DNA from: Anaerolineae bacterium
Lineage (GTDB): Bacteria > Chloroflexota > Anaerolineae > JACRMK01
Assembly (NCBI GenBank): GCA_038198935.1
Contig: JBBPZQ010000033.1
Coordinates: 1,484-65,483, forward strand
Reading direction: 5' to 3'
DNA length: 64,000 nucleotides
The notes under the pieces were generated by a model, which saw nothing but the letters and a program-made list of their open reading frames with translations, was not told the origin of the DNA and did no database searches. The stretch's first letter is position 1. Every line of letters starts with the position of its first letter. A program made the translations under genes and the position numbers. Shown in pieces: positions 47,107-57,404 of the stretch.

Positions 47107-47892
47107 ATGCAAGCAACCGTCAATGGAATCAAGATGATGTTCACCGACGAAGGGCAGGGGATGCCGCTGGTGTTCGTGCATGGCTTTCCGCTCTCGCGCG
47201 GCGCGTGGCAAAAGCAAGTCGAGGCGCTCAAGTCGTCGTATCGCGTAATTGCGCCAGACCTGCGCGGATTAGGCGAATCGGAAGCACGCGTGGGAACAAA
47301 CACGATGACGCAACTCGCCGACGACACTCATGCGCTGCTGAAGCAATTGAACACGGGACGCATCGTACTGATCGGTCACTCGATGGGCGGTTATGTCGCG
47401 CTCGCATTTGCGCGCCAGCACCCAGAGATGCTGCGCGGCTTGGTGCTGGTGGGCACGAAAGCGGGCGCGGACTCCGCCGAGGCAGCAGCGGGCCGTCGCG
47501 CAACAGCGGAGAAGGTGAAGATAGAAGGGTCGAGCGTCGTCGTGAACCCAATGGCGCCGAAGATGCTCGCGGCGAGCAACAGCGACCAGACGATGGCGCA
47601 GCACGTGCGCGGCTTCATGGAACGGTCGCAGCCCCAAGGCGTGATCGGCGCGCTGCTCGGCATGGCGGAGCGCGAGGACTCGACGCCGCACCTCGCGCAG
47701 CTCAAGATGCCGACGCTTATCATTGCGGGCGCAGATGATACGATCATCCCGTCCGGCGAATCGGAGAAGTTGGCGAGCGCGGTCAATGGCGCGCGACTGG
47801 AAATGATTCCCAATGCGGGCCATCTCGTCGCGTTCGAGAAAGCCGACGAGTTCAATCGAGTGCTGCGCGAGTGGCTGAAAACAATTTCTTGA
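47107..47892 (+). CDS. alpha/beta hydrolase
   Basis: LVFVHGFPLS..., GHSMGG nucleophile elbow, and C-terminal His (NAGHLV). Confidence 0.85.
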   Translation: MQATVNGIKMMFTDEGQGMPLVFVHGFPLSRGAWQKQVEALKSSYRVIAPDLRGLGESEARVGTNTMTQLADDTHALLKQLNTGRIVLIGHSMGGYVALAFARQHPEMLRGLVLVGTKAGADSAEAAAGRRATAEKVKIEGSSVVVNPMAPKMLAASNSDQTMAQHVRGFMERSQPQGVIGALLGMAEREDSTPHLAQLKMPTLIIAGADDTIIPSGESEKLASAVNGARLEMIPNAGHLVAFEKADEFNRVLREWLKTIS

Positions 47893-47952
47893 TCTCACGC
47901 ACTGGCGCAATAAAAAGTTTGCCGGGCTTGGCGGTTTCGTTGAAAAGACAAA

Positions 47953-47975
47953 AGCCTCTTCACATTGAAGAGGCT
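47953..47975. terminator. hairpin terminator shared by the hydrolase gene (+) and tRNA-Arg (-)
   Basis: agcctcttca-cat-tgaagaggct. On the minus strand it is followed by ttttgtctttt. Confidence 0.6.
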
Positions 47976-47982
47976 CTTCGTT

Positions 47983-48054
47983 TGCCCCCGGGGCGACTCG
48001 AACGCCCGCACATGGCTCCGGAGGCCACTGCTCTATCCACTGAGCTACGGGGGC
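47983..48054 (-). tRNA. tRNA-Arg (anticodon CCG)
   Basis: Reverse complement folds as a cloverleaf: acceptor GCCCCCG/CGGGGGC, D arm GCTC-AGTGGATA-GAGC, anticodon loop CTCCGGA, T arm GGGCG-TTCGAGT-CGCCC. Confidence 0.85.
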
Positions 48055-48109
48055 GGATAGGCATCGTGCAGAGTCCATTCTAGCAGAAGGCGCGCTCGGC
48101 TCCCAACTC

Positions 48110-48355
48110 TCAGCCTGTCGCCTTGGTCGGACGGCTGCGCAGCGCTCTGACCTCGTTCAGCAATTGGTAGCGCGTCAGCGATGTGGGCGTCGCGACGTCA
48201 TCGGCGCCGTCCATGAGCGCCAGCGTAATCTGATTCTCGGTCACGGATATTACTGGCGCAACCTTGTCGCCCGCGGCGCGACCATAAACCCGCGCGACTT
48301 CATCGCGGTACAAGTTGGCTAACTCCAAATTGCTCAGCGCATGCAAATCTTCCAT
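48110..48355 (-). CDS. small hypothetical protein
   Basis: Open frame only. Start guessed at MEDLHALS. No recognisable domain. Confidence 0.3.
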   Translation of the reverse strand: MEDLHALSNLELANLYRDEVARVYGRAAGDKVAPVISVTENQITLALMDGADDVATPTSLTRYQLLNEVRALRSRPTKATG

Positions 48356-48457
48356 CAGACTCTCCTCTTCCGCAAAACGGAAAATCACATCGGACGGACA
48401 TCACTGCTGTCAGTATATCGGAAGCATACGAGCAGAGCAAACGCGTCTCAGGCGCAT

Positions 48458-49735
48458 CTACGTGACTGCCAATCGCTCCGGCGGCATCGCTTCGTGAATT
48501 CGTTCGTCCACAATCTGTGCGATGCGCTGTACCGCATTGTGCACGTCGCCGAACGTCGTGTAGAGCGGCGCGAGTCCGAGCCGAATGTTGTCCGGTGTGC
48601 GAAAGTCGGGAACGATGTTCATGCGCTCGATCATCGCGCGGTCAATGCGATACGCGTCGGCGTGCCGAATCGAAACGTGCGAGCCGCGATAAGTTACATC
48701 GCGCGGCGTGCCGAGCGTGAATCCGCGCGACGCGAGTTGCCGATCGTGGAGAAAGATCAGGTACTCGCTCAGCAACTCCGATTTGCGGCGAATGCGCTCG
48801 ATGCCCGCGCGCAAAATCAAGTCCACCGACGGCTCGACGGCAGACACAGCCAAGATGTTCGGCGTGCCTGCCATGAAGTGCTGGATGCCGCGCGCGGGTG
48901 CGTAGCGCAAATCGAAGTCGAATGGCTGCTGCTGGCCGAACCAGCCCCAGATCGGCTGAGTGAGTTTGTCTTGCAGGTCTGCGCGTACATACAAGAACGC
49001 GGGCGAGCCGGGTCCGCCGTTCAGATATTTGTAGGTGCAGCCAATCGCCATGTCTGCTTCGCACGCATCGAGTTCAATTGGCAGCGCCCCGACCGAGTGA
49101 CACAAGTCCCAAATGACGAGCGCGCCGACTTCGTGCGCGCGCCGCGTGACCGCGCGCATGTCGTAGCGGTAGCCGCTCTTGAACACGACGTGCGACAGCT
49201 CGACCACCGCCGTGCGCTCGTCAATGCTCTCGTACAGTTGATCGGGATCCGGCGTGATGCCGTCGTCGCTGTGCACGAGAACGAGTTCATGCTGGTTGCC
49301 GAGCAGCTCAAGCGTGCCTTGAATGATGTACAGATCGGAAGGAAAATTGAACTCGTCGCTCACGATGCGCATGCGACCCGTCTGCAAGCGCAGTGCGGCG
49401 ACGATCAGCTTGAACAAGTTGACCGAGGTCGAATCCGAGACGACGACTTGGCCCGCTTTCGCACCGACCAGTTCCGCGATTTTGTCGCCAATGCGGCGCG
49501 GCGCGTCAAACCAGCCTTCGTTCCAACCAGCGATGACGCGCTGGCCCCACTCGCGCTCGACCACCGCGCGCATTCGTGCGGCGGTTACCTTTGGCAAGCG
49601 GCCCAGCGAGTTGCCATCAAGATAAATCAAGTTAGGGTCGCTGATGACGAATTCATCGCGAAACGCTTTCAGTTCGTCTTGCTCGTCAAGCGTGCGCGCA
49701 AAGTCTGCGCCGAGTTGGAAGTTGATCATCGTCAT
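48458..49735 (-). CDS. kynU: kynureninase
   Basis: Full-length similarity pattern to kynureninase (LDGNSLG, SDEFNFPSDLY, CTYKYLNGGPGSPAFLYV PLP-lysine region). Confidence 0.88.
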   Translation of the reverse strand: MTMINFQLGADFARTLDEQDELKAFRDEFVISDPNLIYLDGNSLGRLPKVTAARMRAVVEREWGQRVIAGWNEGWFDAPRRIGDKIAELVGAKAGQVVVSDSTSVNLFKLIVAALRLQTGRMRIVSDEFNFPSDLYIIQGTLELLGNQHELVLVHSDDGITPDPDQLYESIDERTAVVELSHVVFKSGYRYDMRAVTRRAHEVGALVIWDLCHSVGALPIELDACEADMAIGCTYKYLNGGPGSPAFLYVRADLQDKLTQPIWGWFGQQQPFDFDLRYAPARGIQHFMAGTPNILAVSAVEPSVDLILRAGIERIRRKSELLSEYLIFLHDRQLASRGFTLGTPRDVTYRGSHVSIRHADAYRIDRAMIERMNIVPDFRTPDNIRLGLAPLYTTFGDVHNAVQRIAQIVDERIHEAMPPERLAVT

Positions 49736-49747
49736 GCTATAGGCAGT

Positions 49748-50818
49748 TCACGGTCTGACTTCATACACTGCACTAATCGAATCCTTCAACGCTAATTTGC
49801 GAACGCTGCCAAAGCCGGCATCGTTGCACAGCGCGCGCATCTTTGATTCGGTCAAGCCGAGTGTGCCCATGCCTTCGCCGCCGCTGGCAAGTGATGTCGT
49901 CATGCAGTACAGCACACTGTAGGAATAACGCAACGCCGCGAGCGGGCCCACATTCTCATCAACGCCGTCCGAACATTCAATGTCCATGCAGACGTAAATG
50001 CCATCGTGCTTGAGCGCATCGTGAATACCGCGCAGCAAGTCCACTGGTTGCGCGGCGTCGTGGATGACGTCGAACGTGGTGATGATGTCGAGAGGTTCTG
50101 GCACTCCGTGCGTGATGTCGCGCTGCTCGAAGCGCACGCGCTCTGCAACGCCGGCGGCGTGCGCATTCGCCGTCGCATGTGCAAGCGTCGGCGCGTACAC
50201 GTCATAGCCGACGTAACGCGAGTTCAGAAATGTCTGCGCGAGTTTGATGAGCGCGCGTCCATGACCGCAGCCCACGTCGGCGACGAGCGCACCGCCCTCA
50301 AGTTTGGCGATCACGTCCGGCATGTGCTGCAGCCACTGCTGCACGATCAAGTTCTCGGCGGTCACACCCGAATCGCGCTCCAGTCCGTGCCACCAATTCT
50401 GATCGTAATGCGATTGCGGCACGCCAGCGCCAGTGCGAAACGCAGCGAGCACAGGCTCAACCGCTTTGGTAAGTCCGATCAACATTTGATGCACGCCGCC
50501 GAAGAACACGCGCCCATCTTCTTGCGCCAGCACCGCGCGATGCTCCGCAGGCAATGCGAAGCGTTCGCTCGCCGAATCGTATCCGAGATAGCCCGCTGCG
50601 ACCATTGCGCGCAGCCATTCGCGTGCGTAGCGCTCGTTGGTGTGCGTGCGTGCGGCGAGTTCGCCGCTGGTCGCTGCGCCTCGTTCGGCCAAGTCTTTGA
50701 ACAAACCGAGTTGATCGCCGATGAATGCGAGCATCGTCACACCCATGCCGCTCGTGTCGGCCAGCACTTTGTTGGTGAACGCTTTGGCTTTTTCTTTATT
50801 GAACGCCGATTGAGACAT
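49748..50818 (-). CDS. class I SAM-dependent methyltransferase with N-terminal winged-helix-like domain
   Basis: Motif I VADVGCGHG and motif II FDVIHD. Confidence 0.8.
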   Translation of the reverse strand: MSQSAFNKEKAKAFTNKVLADTSGMGVTMLAFIGDQLGLFKDLAERGAATSGELAARTHTNERYAREWLRAMVAAGYLGYDSASERFALPAEHRAVLAQEDGRVFFGGVHQMLIGLTKAVEPVLAAFRTGAGVPQSHYDQNWWHGLERDSGVTAENLIVQQWLQHMPDVIAKLEGGALVADVGCGHGRALIKLAQTFLNSRYVGYDVYAPTLAHATANAHAAGVAERVRFEQRDITHGVPEPLDIITTFDVIHDAAQPVDLLRGIHDALKHDGIYVCMDIECSDGVDENVGPLAALRYSYSVLYCMTTSLASGGEGMGTLGLTESKMRALCNDAGFGSVRKLALKDSISAVYEVRP

Positions 50819-50854
50819 GAACTGGTCCAGTGAATGTTACACTGACGAAATGAT

Positions 50855-51667
50855 TCACTCGCGCTGTGCCATTCGTTTCGTCGCGTCCAATATGACCTGC
50901 CACTCGCGCGTCTGCGGGTCAACGACCTCGAAGTGACCTGCGCCGTCGAGCGCAATCAATTCAGCGCGATCACCTTTCGCGCGCGCTGCATCGTAATAGC
51001 GTTGGCTGATCTCGAACGGCACGTTCGCATCGGCGGTGCCTTGAATCAATACTTGCGGGACGCCGAGTGGCAGCAATTCGTATGGCGAGGCGGCGTCGTA
51101 GCGTGTCGGCACGTCAGCGGGCGCGCCGCCAAGTAGCGATTCGATGACGTTGTTGCTCAAGCGCATCTGCCAGCCGCGCCGCAGGTCGAGCACGCCCGCG
51201 AGCGAGACGACGCCTGTGATGGGCAGCGGGTCTTTGTCGTGCAGTGGGTCGGATTGCATGATGCGGTGACGACCCGCGAGCCAACACGCGAGATGCCCGC
51301 CCGCAGAGTGGCCAAGCGTAACGACGCGCGTGAGGTCGAGATCATAGTGGGGCGAAAGTGCGCGCACGTGGTCCGCTGCCCGCGCGACATCGAGCAACGT
51401 GCCGGGATATCCGCCGCCGTCATGCCCGATTCGGCGATACTCGATGTTCCATGTCGCCAGCCCGGCCTCTCGCAGCGACTCGCACACATGACCCATGTAG
51501 TCGAATCCGTATTGCGCGCGCCAGTAGCCCCCGTGGATGACAATCACAATCGGATGTGGAGCGCCGCCGCCCGGCAGGCGCAATTCGCCGAAGTGATGCT
51601 CGCCGTCGCCATACGCCATTCGCATGTCGGCGCTTGGAGCAGGTTGTGTCAGGATGTTAATGCTCAT
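50855..51667 (-). CDS. alpha/beta hydrolase with HGGYW motif; candidate eukaryote-type kynurenine formamidase (arylformamidase)
   Basis: IVIVIHGGYWRAQY (the HGGxW oxyanion motif of the AFMID/Bna7 esterase clan), nucleophile GHSAGG, Asp/His later. Located 2 genes from kynU. Confidence 0.7.
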   Translation of the reverse strand: MSINILTQPAPSADMRMAYGDGEHHFGELRLPGGGAPHPIVIVIHGGYWRAQYGFDYMGHVCESLREAGLATWNIEYRRIGHDGGGYPGTLLDVARAADHVRALSPHYDLDLTRVVTLGHSAGGHLACWLAGRHRIMQSDPLHDKDPLPITGVVSLAGVLDLRRGWQMRLSNNVIESLLGGAPADVPTRYDAASPYELLPLGVPQVLIQGTADANVPFEISQRYYDAARAKGDRAELIALDGAGHFEVVDPQTREWQVILDATKRMAQRE

Positions 51668-51952
51668 CGGCGCATCATCGGAGTTGAGTTGAGTTGAGCG
51701 CTAGATCGCTGCGCGTAGGCAATCACTTATCCGCACGCGAAAAATATTTGTTCTCCAACACAAGCCAACCAACGGAGTATTCATACGAGGAAGTCAACGC
51801 ACGCAAAAACAAAAAATCGCCTACGAGGAAAAAGCGTGCAAGCAGAGGTCTCTGCAAATGGTGGCTGTCACCAATTTGCAATCTCGAACCACTCGCAACG
51901 AGCGATGGTCGAGACCGGACAGGTGATACAGACCTGTCCGGTCTCAGCACTC

Positions 51953-52942
51953 TTACTCACACTTAATGACCGGCGCGCGGCTGACCGCTGGCAGCGACTT
52001 GATGTACAGATAGATCGCTTTCAAGTCGTTATCTGTTGTGGCCGCAGTAATTTCATTGTATGGCATCCCATCGCACAACTGATGGCCAGTCGGGTCCTTG
52101 CCGGAATGAATCGTGTTGATGAAGTCGGTGTCGCTCCACTTCGCTATTATTTGTGTCAGGTTGGGACCAGAGGGGGGGAAGCCTTGCGGATTGCCGCCGC
52201 CCAAGTCGGGACCGTGACAAGCCGAACAGCCGATGATACTAGCGAGGTACTTGCCGTATTCGGCCGTTGCGGCACGAGGCGGCGCAGTAACGGGCTGCGT
52301 TGTCGGCGGTTGTGCACTTGTCGGCAATACACCGGCGCCAATCAGCAGCGCGCCGATAGTATTGATGCTGGTCGGTGCGGTGTCGTGAGGCGTCGCCGGC
52401 TGCGAGCGCAAGAACGCTACGACAGACTGCACGTCGCCATCGCTCATCACGTGAAATTGTTCTGACGGCATGATGATCAGCGGGCGACCACTCTTCTCCA
52501 CGCCATCACGAATCGCGCGAATGATCTCGCCGTCCGTCCAATCTTTCAACGGACCCGCAGGCGTGAGGTTGGGCGGCTGCACGACACCAGCCGGTGGGCC
52601 ACCTGCGAGGAAGTTGCCGGGCGCGCCATCGAGCGGGAACTTGTTCGCCGTGGAATGGCAGCCGACACAGATATTGGCGATCTGCTGGCCGCGCGCCACT
52701 TGGTCGGAACTGGCTTGCACTTTGATGGCGGCTGGCGTGGCGACGGGCACAATGTTCAAGCGATAGAACCCGATCAACGCGACGACGAGCACGAGCAGCA
52801 ACAAGAGCGTGAGCAGCGTCGCCAAGACGCCGCCCACCCACTTGATCAGGCCGTTGCGCGCTCGCCACGCGCGCGAGGCCAGAAATCCGAACAGCAGCAG
52901 CAGTACGAGCAGGACCAGTACGCCGACAATATCAATCATCAT
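51953..52942 (-). CDS. membrane-anchored diheme cytochrome c
   Basis: Two CxxCH motifs (CVGCHS, CSACHG). N-terminal hydrophobic anchor. Pro/Thr-rich linker. Confidence 0.8.
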   Translation of the reverse strand: MMIDIVGVLVLLVLLLLFGFLASRAWRARNGLIKWVGGVLATLLTLLLLLVLVVALIGFYRLNIVPVATPAAIKVQASSDQVARGQQIANICVGCHSTANKFPLDGAPGNFLAGGPPAGVVQPPNLTPAGPLKDWTDGEIIRAIRDGVEKSGRPLIIMPSEQFHVMSDGDVQSVVAFLRSQPATPHDTAPTSINTIGALLIGAGVLPTSAQPPTTQPVTAPPRAATAEYGKYLASIIGCSACHGPDLGGGNPQGFPPSGPNLTQIIAKWSDTDFINTIHSGKDPTGHQLCDGMPYNEITAATTDNDLKAIYLYIKSLPAVSRAPVIKCE

Positions 52943-53017
52943 TCCTCCTCGATCAATTATTGTGTGCCATCATACCATCGTGAACTAGCGGCTGTCAACG
53001 TATGCAGCGCCCATTGA

Positions 53018-53047
53018 TTGACAATTTCGACTGCACTCCATTACAAT
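53018..53047 (+). promoter_or_regulatory. sigma70-like promoter for alaS
   Basis: TTGACA (53018-53023), 17-nt spacer, TTACAAT. Confidence 0.5.
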
Positions 53048-53106
53048 CATCCCAGCCGTATTGTTGTTTATTTTTGGTTGAAAGCGATTTGTGCATGGTC
53101 AAGCGC

Positions 53107-55845
53107 ATGACGAGCGCGCAGATTCGCCGCGCGTTCCTCGATTATTTCAAACGCAACGCACACACCGAAGTTCCATCCTCGTCGCTGATCCCCGGCGATC
53201 CCACGCTGCTGTTCACCAATGCCGGCATGGTGCAGTTTAAGGACACGTTTCTCGGCTTAGAGAAGCGCGCCTACTTGCGCGTGACCACCGCACAGAAGAG
53301 TATGCGCGTAAGCGGCAAGCACAACGATCTCGAAAATGTGGGACCCTCGCCGCGTCATCATACCTTCTTCGAGATGCTCGGCAACTTTTCGTTCGGCGAT
53401 TACTTTAAGCGCGACGCGATTCGCTTCGCGTACGAGTTGCTGACGCAAGTGTACGGCTTGCCACCCGACCGACTCGCGTACACGGTCTATGAAAACGACG
53501 ACGAAGCGTACAACGTCTGGGTTAACGAGATCGGCGTGGACCCGCGCCGCGTCGCGCGTATGGGCGCAAAGACGAATTTCTGGCAGATGGCGGACACGGG
53601 ACCCTGCGGGCCCACCAGCGAAATTCACTGGGACATCCATCCCGAACTCGGCGTGGACAGCATCATCCCGCTGGTACAAGCCGAAGACGATCGCTTCCTC
53701 GAATTGTGGAACCTCGTCTTCATGCAGTTCAATCGCAAGCAAACGCCCGACGGATTCGTGGACGAGCCGCTGCCGAAACCTGGCGTGGATACGGGCATGG
53801 GCTTGGAGCGCATCAGTGCCGTCGTGCAAAATGTGCCATCCAACTACGACACCGATCTGTTCATGCCGATCATGGACGCGATTCAGGAAATCTTGCATCA
53901 CGACGATACGACGCGCGAGAAGAATTACATCGCCTACCGCGTGATCGCCGATCATGGCCGCGCGATGACGTTCCTGCTTGCGGACGGTGTGCTGCCGGGC
54001 AATGAGGGCGCGACGTATGTGCTGCGTATGGTGATGCGGCGCGCGATGCGCTTTGCAAAAATGATGGGCGTGGATCGGCCATTCCTCGGCGAGGTCGCGC
54101 GCGCGATTGTGCACGAGATGTCGAGCCACTACACCGAGTTGTCGGCGAAGCAGGACTTCATCATCAAAGCGATTGCGCAAGAAGAAGAACGCTTCCGCCA
54201 GACGCTGGAAAATGGTTTAACGATTCTCGACGATATCACGGTTGATCTGCAAGCGCGCGGCGAGGCCATCATTCCGGGCGACGCAGTGTTCCGCTTGTGG
54301 GATACCTACGGTTTCCCGATTGACCTCACGCGCGATGTGGCGCACGAGCGCGGGCTGACGCTGGACGAAGACGGATTCCGCACGGCGATGGAGCGGCAGC
54401 GCAAACAGTCGCAAGCGGCGGGCAAGTTCACGTTCGGCGAACAACAGGATGTGTATCGCGCGCTGAATTTGCCCGAAACAAAATTTCTTGGCTACACGAC
54501 AACACGCGCGAGCGGAACGCTGATCGCAATTCTGCGCGACGGCGAATCGGTGGAGCAGGCGAGGGTAGGGGACACGATTGAACTCGTGCTCGATCAAACA
54601 CCGTTCTATGCCGAGTCAGGTGGCCAAGTGGGCGATACGGGCGTCATCGAAACGTTGCATGGCGCAGCCGCGTCTTTACAAAATGCAGTGGTGCAAATTG
54701 TAGATACACAGAAGCCGGTGGCTGGACTGATTGCACATCGCGGACGCGTCGTGTCCGGAGCGCTCCGCGTCGGCGACACGGTGAGTGCGCGCGTGGACGA
54801 ACAGCGCTGCGCCGACATCATGCGCAATCATACGGCGACGCACCTGCTACACAAAGCACTGCATGAGATTCTGGGCCCACACGCCACGCAGAAAGGCTCT
54901 CTCGTTGCGCCCGACCGCTTGCGCTTTGATTTCAACCATCTCGCGCCGATCACGCGCGAAGAGTTGCAAACGATCGAATCGCGCGTCAACGACATGATCC
55001 TGCGCAACTTGCCCGTGCATTGGTACGTGACCACCAAAGCAGAAGCAATGCGCGCCGGTGCGATGGCGCTCTTCGGTGAGAAGTACGGTGACGAAGTGCG
55101 CGTCGTGTGTGTCGCAGATCGTCCACTGTCTGAGAACCAACGAGCAAACCAACCAACTCCCCAACTTCCAGATTGTTACTCTCGCGAATTGTGCGGCGGC
55201 ACACATCTCGACTCGACGGGCCAGATCGGCTTGTTCCTGATCTTGAGCGAAAGTTCCGTCGGTGCGGGTTTGCGCCGCATCGAGGCGCTGAGCGGTCGAG
55301 GCGCGCAGCAATTCGTGCGCGAGCGGCTGTCGCTTCTCAATGATCTATCCGCACAATTGGGCGCACCGCCGGAGCAAGTCGTTAAGCGCCTGAAGGCACT
55401 GCAGGATGAACTCGACGCACGCAAGAAGGAATTGGGGCAATTACAGCGCGCCTCCGCCAAGTCCGACCTCGATTCGTTGTTGGGCCGCGCTCAGCGCGTG
55501 GAAGGCGTTTCCGTCATCGCCGAAGCGGTGAACGCGGCGAGCGCCGACGTGCTGCGCGAGATGAGCGACGCGCTGCGCGATAAACTCGGCTCGGGTGTGG
55601 TAGCCTTGGGCGCGGTCATCAACGACAAACCGTCACTCATCGTTTCGATCACCCCAGACCTGATCGCTCGCGGCTTACGTGCGGGCGATCTGATCAAGCA
55701 GCCCGCCCGACTGATGGGCGGTAGCGGCGGTGGCAGACCGAACATGGCACAGGCTGGCGGCAAGGACGCGGCGAAGTTGGGCGATGTACTGTCGCTAATT
55801 CCAAGCGTCATCGAAAATACGCTCAAGGGACACAACGGAGATTAA
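53107..55845 (+). CDS. alaS: alanine--tRNA ligase
   Basis: Class II aaRS catalytic core (FTNAGMVQFKD, GNFSFGDYFK), editing domain (HTATHLLH...CGGTH) and C-terminal DHHA1. The start is ATG at 53107 or 53095. A low-complexity insertion of about 20 aa lies before ELCGGTH. Confidence 0.93.
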   Translation: MTSAQIRRAFLDYFKRNAHTEVPSSSLIPGDPTLLFTNAGMVQFKDTFLGLEKRAYLRVTTAQKSMRVSGKHNDLENVGPSPRHHTFFEMLGNFSFGDYFKRDAIRFAYELLTQVYGLPPDRLAYTVYENDDEAYNVWVNEIGVDPRRVARMGAKTNFWQMADTGPCGPTSEIHWDIHPELGVDSIIPLVQAEDDRFLELWNLVFMQFNRKQTPDGFVDEPLPKPGVDTGMGLERISAVVQNVPSNYDTDLFMPIMDAIQEILHHDDTTREKNYIAYRVIADHGRAMTFLLADGVLPGNEGATYVLRMVMRRAMRFAKMMGVDRPFLGEVARAIVHEMSSHYTELSAKQDFIIKAIAQEEERFRQTLENGLTILDDITVDLQARGEAIIPGDAVFRLWDTYGFPIDLTRDVAHERGLTLDEDGFRTAMERQRKQSQAAGKFTFGEQQDVYRALNLPETKFLGYTTTRASGTLIAILRDGESVEQARVGDTIELVLDQTPFYAESGGQVGDTGVIETLHGAAASLQNAVVQIVDTQKPVAGLIAHRGRVVSGALRVGDTVSARVDEQRCADIMRNHTATHLLHKALHEILGPHATQKGSLVAPDRLRFDFNHLAPITREELQTIESRVNDMILRNLPVHWYVTTKAEAMRAGAMALFGEKYGDEVRVVCVADRPLSENQRANQPTPQLPDCYSRELCGGTHLDSTGQIGLFLILSESSVGAGLRRIEALSGRGAQQFVRERLSLLNDLSAQLGAPPEQVVKRLKALQDELDARKKELGQLQRASAKSDLDSLLGRAQRVEGVSVIAEAVNAASADVLREMSDALRDKLGSGVVALGAVINDKPSLIVSITPDLIARGLRAGDLIKQPARLMGGSGGGRPNMAQAGGKDAAKLGDVLSLIPSVIENTLKGHNGD

Positions 55846-55881
55846 CGGAATTCTCCTGATCTCCTGCTTGCATACGCATCC

Positions 55882-57393
55882 ATGAACGGCCAACAAAACC
55901 CACAGTCCCTCACAGAACAAATCATTCAGATCAATCCAAACGACGAGATTGCGACGATCCGCGACAAGATTCAGTGGGCGAGTGCGCCGCGCGTCGTGCT
56001 GTACGTAGCGCACCGCAACAAGGCGCTGCGCGACAAAATGAATCTGAAACTTGTGCAGCGCACGGCAATTGACAACGCGATACAGATCGCGCTCGTCGCG
56101 CGTCATCCCGAAACGGTGCGGCTCGCCCAAGAGATTGGCTTGCCCGTGTTCTGGACGGCGCGTTCGCTCTTGCCGTGGCGCAAGTGGAATAGCCCCGCGC
56201 CCGTCTTTGTGCCCGACGACGACGGCGACGTGCTGACCGTCGTGACGCCGAGCGAATCACGCATGCACAAAGACTATCGCCTCGCCAGCGCGATTGGGGG
56301 CGGTATCTTCATCTTGGTGATCGGCACGCTCGTGTTGATGCTGCTGCCGACCGCCAAGATCAGCATCGCACCGATGACCGACGAACTGGCAGTAGATCAC
56401 ATCCAGATCAGCGCAAGCTCAAATGTAAAATCGGTGAATATAACCATCGGACAGATTCCTGCGCGGCTCGACACTGTAACGCTCGACGGTAGCGAGCAGT
56501 TGGTACCGAGTGCGAAAAAAGATGTGCCCGACGCGAAAGCGAGCGGCACAGTTCTGTTCACCAACCGCACCAATCAAGCGATACATATTTCAAAAGGGAC
56601 AGTCGTCGCCACGTCGTCGGGCGCACCAATCCGATTCCAAACGACGCAAGATGCGGATGCTGCGCCTGCCGCGCGCGTCGAGGTACCGATTCAGGCGCTC
56701 GAAGGCGGGCCCAACGGCAACGTCGCGCGTTTCACCATCAACTCCATCGAAGGCCCGCTGGCTGTAGCATTAATTGCGCTCAACCAAAATCCAACCGGCG
56801 GCGGCACGGTCAGGCGCGCGAGCGTGGTCTCGGAAGAAGATAAGAAGCGGCTCGAAGATACGTTAGCCAATCGCTTCCGCCAAGAAGCGATCACGAAACT
56901 GCAAGGCAAGCAGTTGGAAAATGAATTTCTGGCCGCCGAGACAATCAGCGTCACGCTGGATACGAAGACGTTCGACAAATTCGTGGACGAACCGGCCGAC
57001 TTGTTGACGTTGACCGCGCACGCAACGGCACAAGGCTTGATCGTCAACGGCGCGAACGCGAACATCATCGCGCTCAAACGCTTGGAGAGCAAACTGCGCA
57101 CGGGCTTCGAGTTGCTGCCCAACAGCATCACGTTCGTGCCGGGCGGCATACTGGCTGCCGACCCGACGAGCATCAAGTTCGAGATGAACGCGAAGGGCAA
57201 AGCCGCCGAGGCGATTGACCGCTTTGCAATTGCGAACAGTGTGCGCGGCATGACGACGAAGGAAGCGACGGCTTGGTTGCAGCAGCACTACTCGTTGCGC
57301 CGCGAGCCCGACTTCGACATCAAGCCCGACTGGATCGGCAGCGGTCGTCTGCCGTTCTTCAACTTCCGCATCAACGTGGACGTGACGCAGTAG
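55882..57393 (+). CDS. hypothetical membrane protein (single TM, large extracytoplasmic domain)
   Basis: 503 aa. Cytoplasmic N-terminal about 130 aa, TM IGGGIFILVIGTLVLMLL, no recognised domain. Confidence 0.55.
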   Translation: MNGQQNPQSLTEQIIQINPNDEIATIRDKIQWASAPRVVLYVAHRNKALRDKMNLKLVQRTAIDNAIQIALVARHPETVRLAQEIGLPVFWTARSLLPWRKWNSPAPVFVPDDDGDVLTVVTPSESRMHKDYRLASAIGGGIFILVIGTLVLMLLPTAKISIAPMTDELAVDHIQISASSNVKSVNITIGQIPARLDTVTLDGSEQLVPSAKKDVPDAKASGTVLFTNRTNQAIHISKGTVVATSSGAPIRFQTTQDADAAPAARVEVPIQALEGGPNGNVARFTINSIEGPLAVALIALNQNPTGGGTVRRASVVSEEDKKRLEDTLANRFRQEAITKLQGKQLENEFLAAETISVTLDTKTFDKFVDEPADLLTLTAHATAQGLIVNGANANIIALKRLESKLRTGFELLPNSITFVPGGILAADPTSIKFEMNAKGKAAEAIDRFAIANSVRGMTTKEATAWLQQHYSLRREPDFDIKPDWIGSGRLPFFNFRINVDVTQ

Positions 57394-57404
57394 CGGCAGC
57401 CCGT

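Noticed and set aside
52985-53106. T-box leader upstream of alaS
   Set aside because: The region is too short (about 90 nt after the promoter) and lacks the T-box consensus. A plain promoter was annotated instead.
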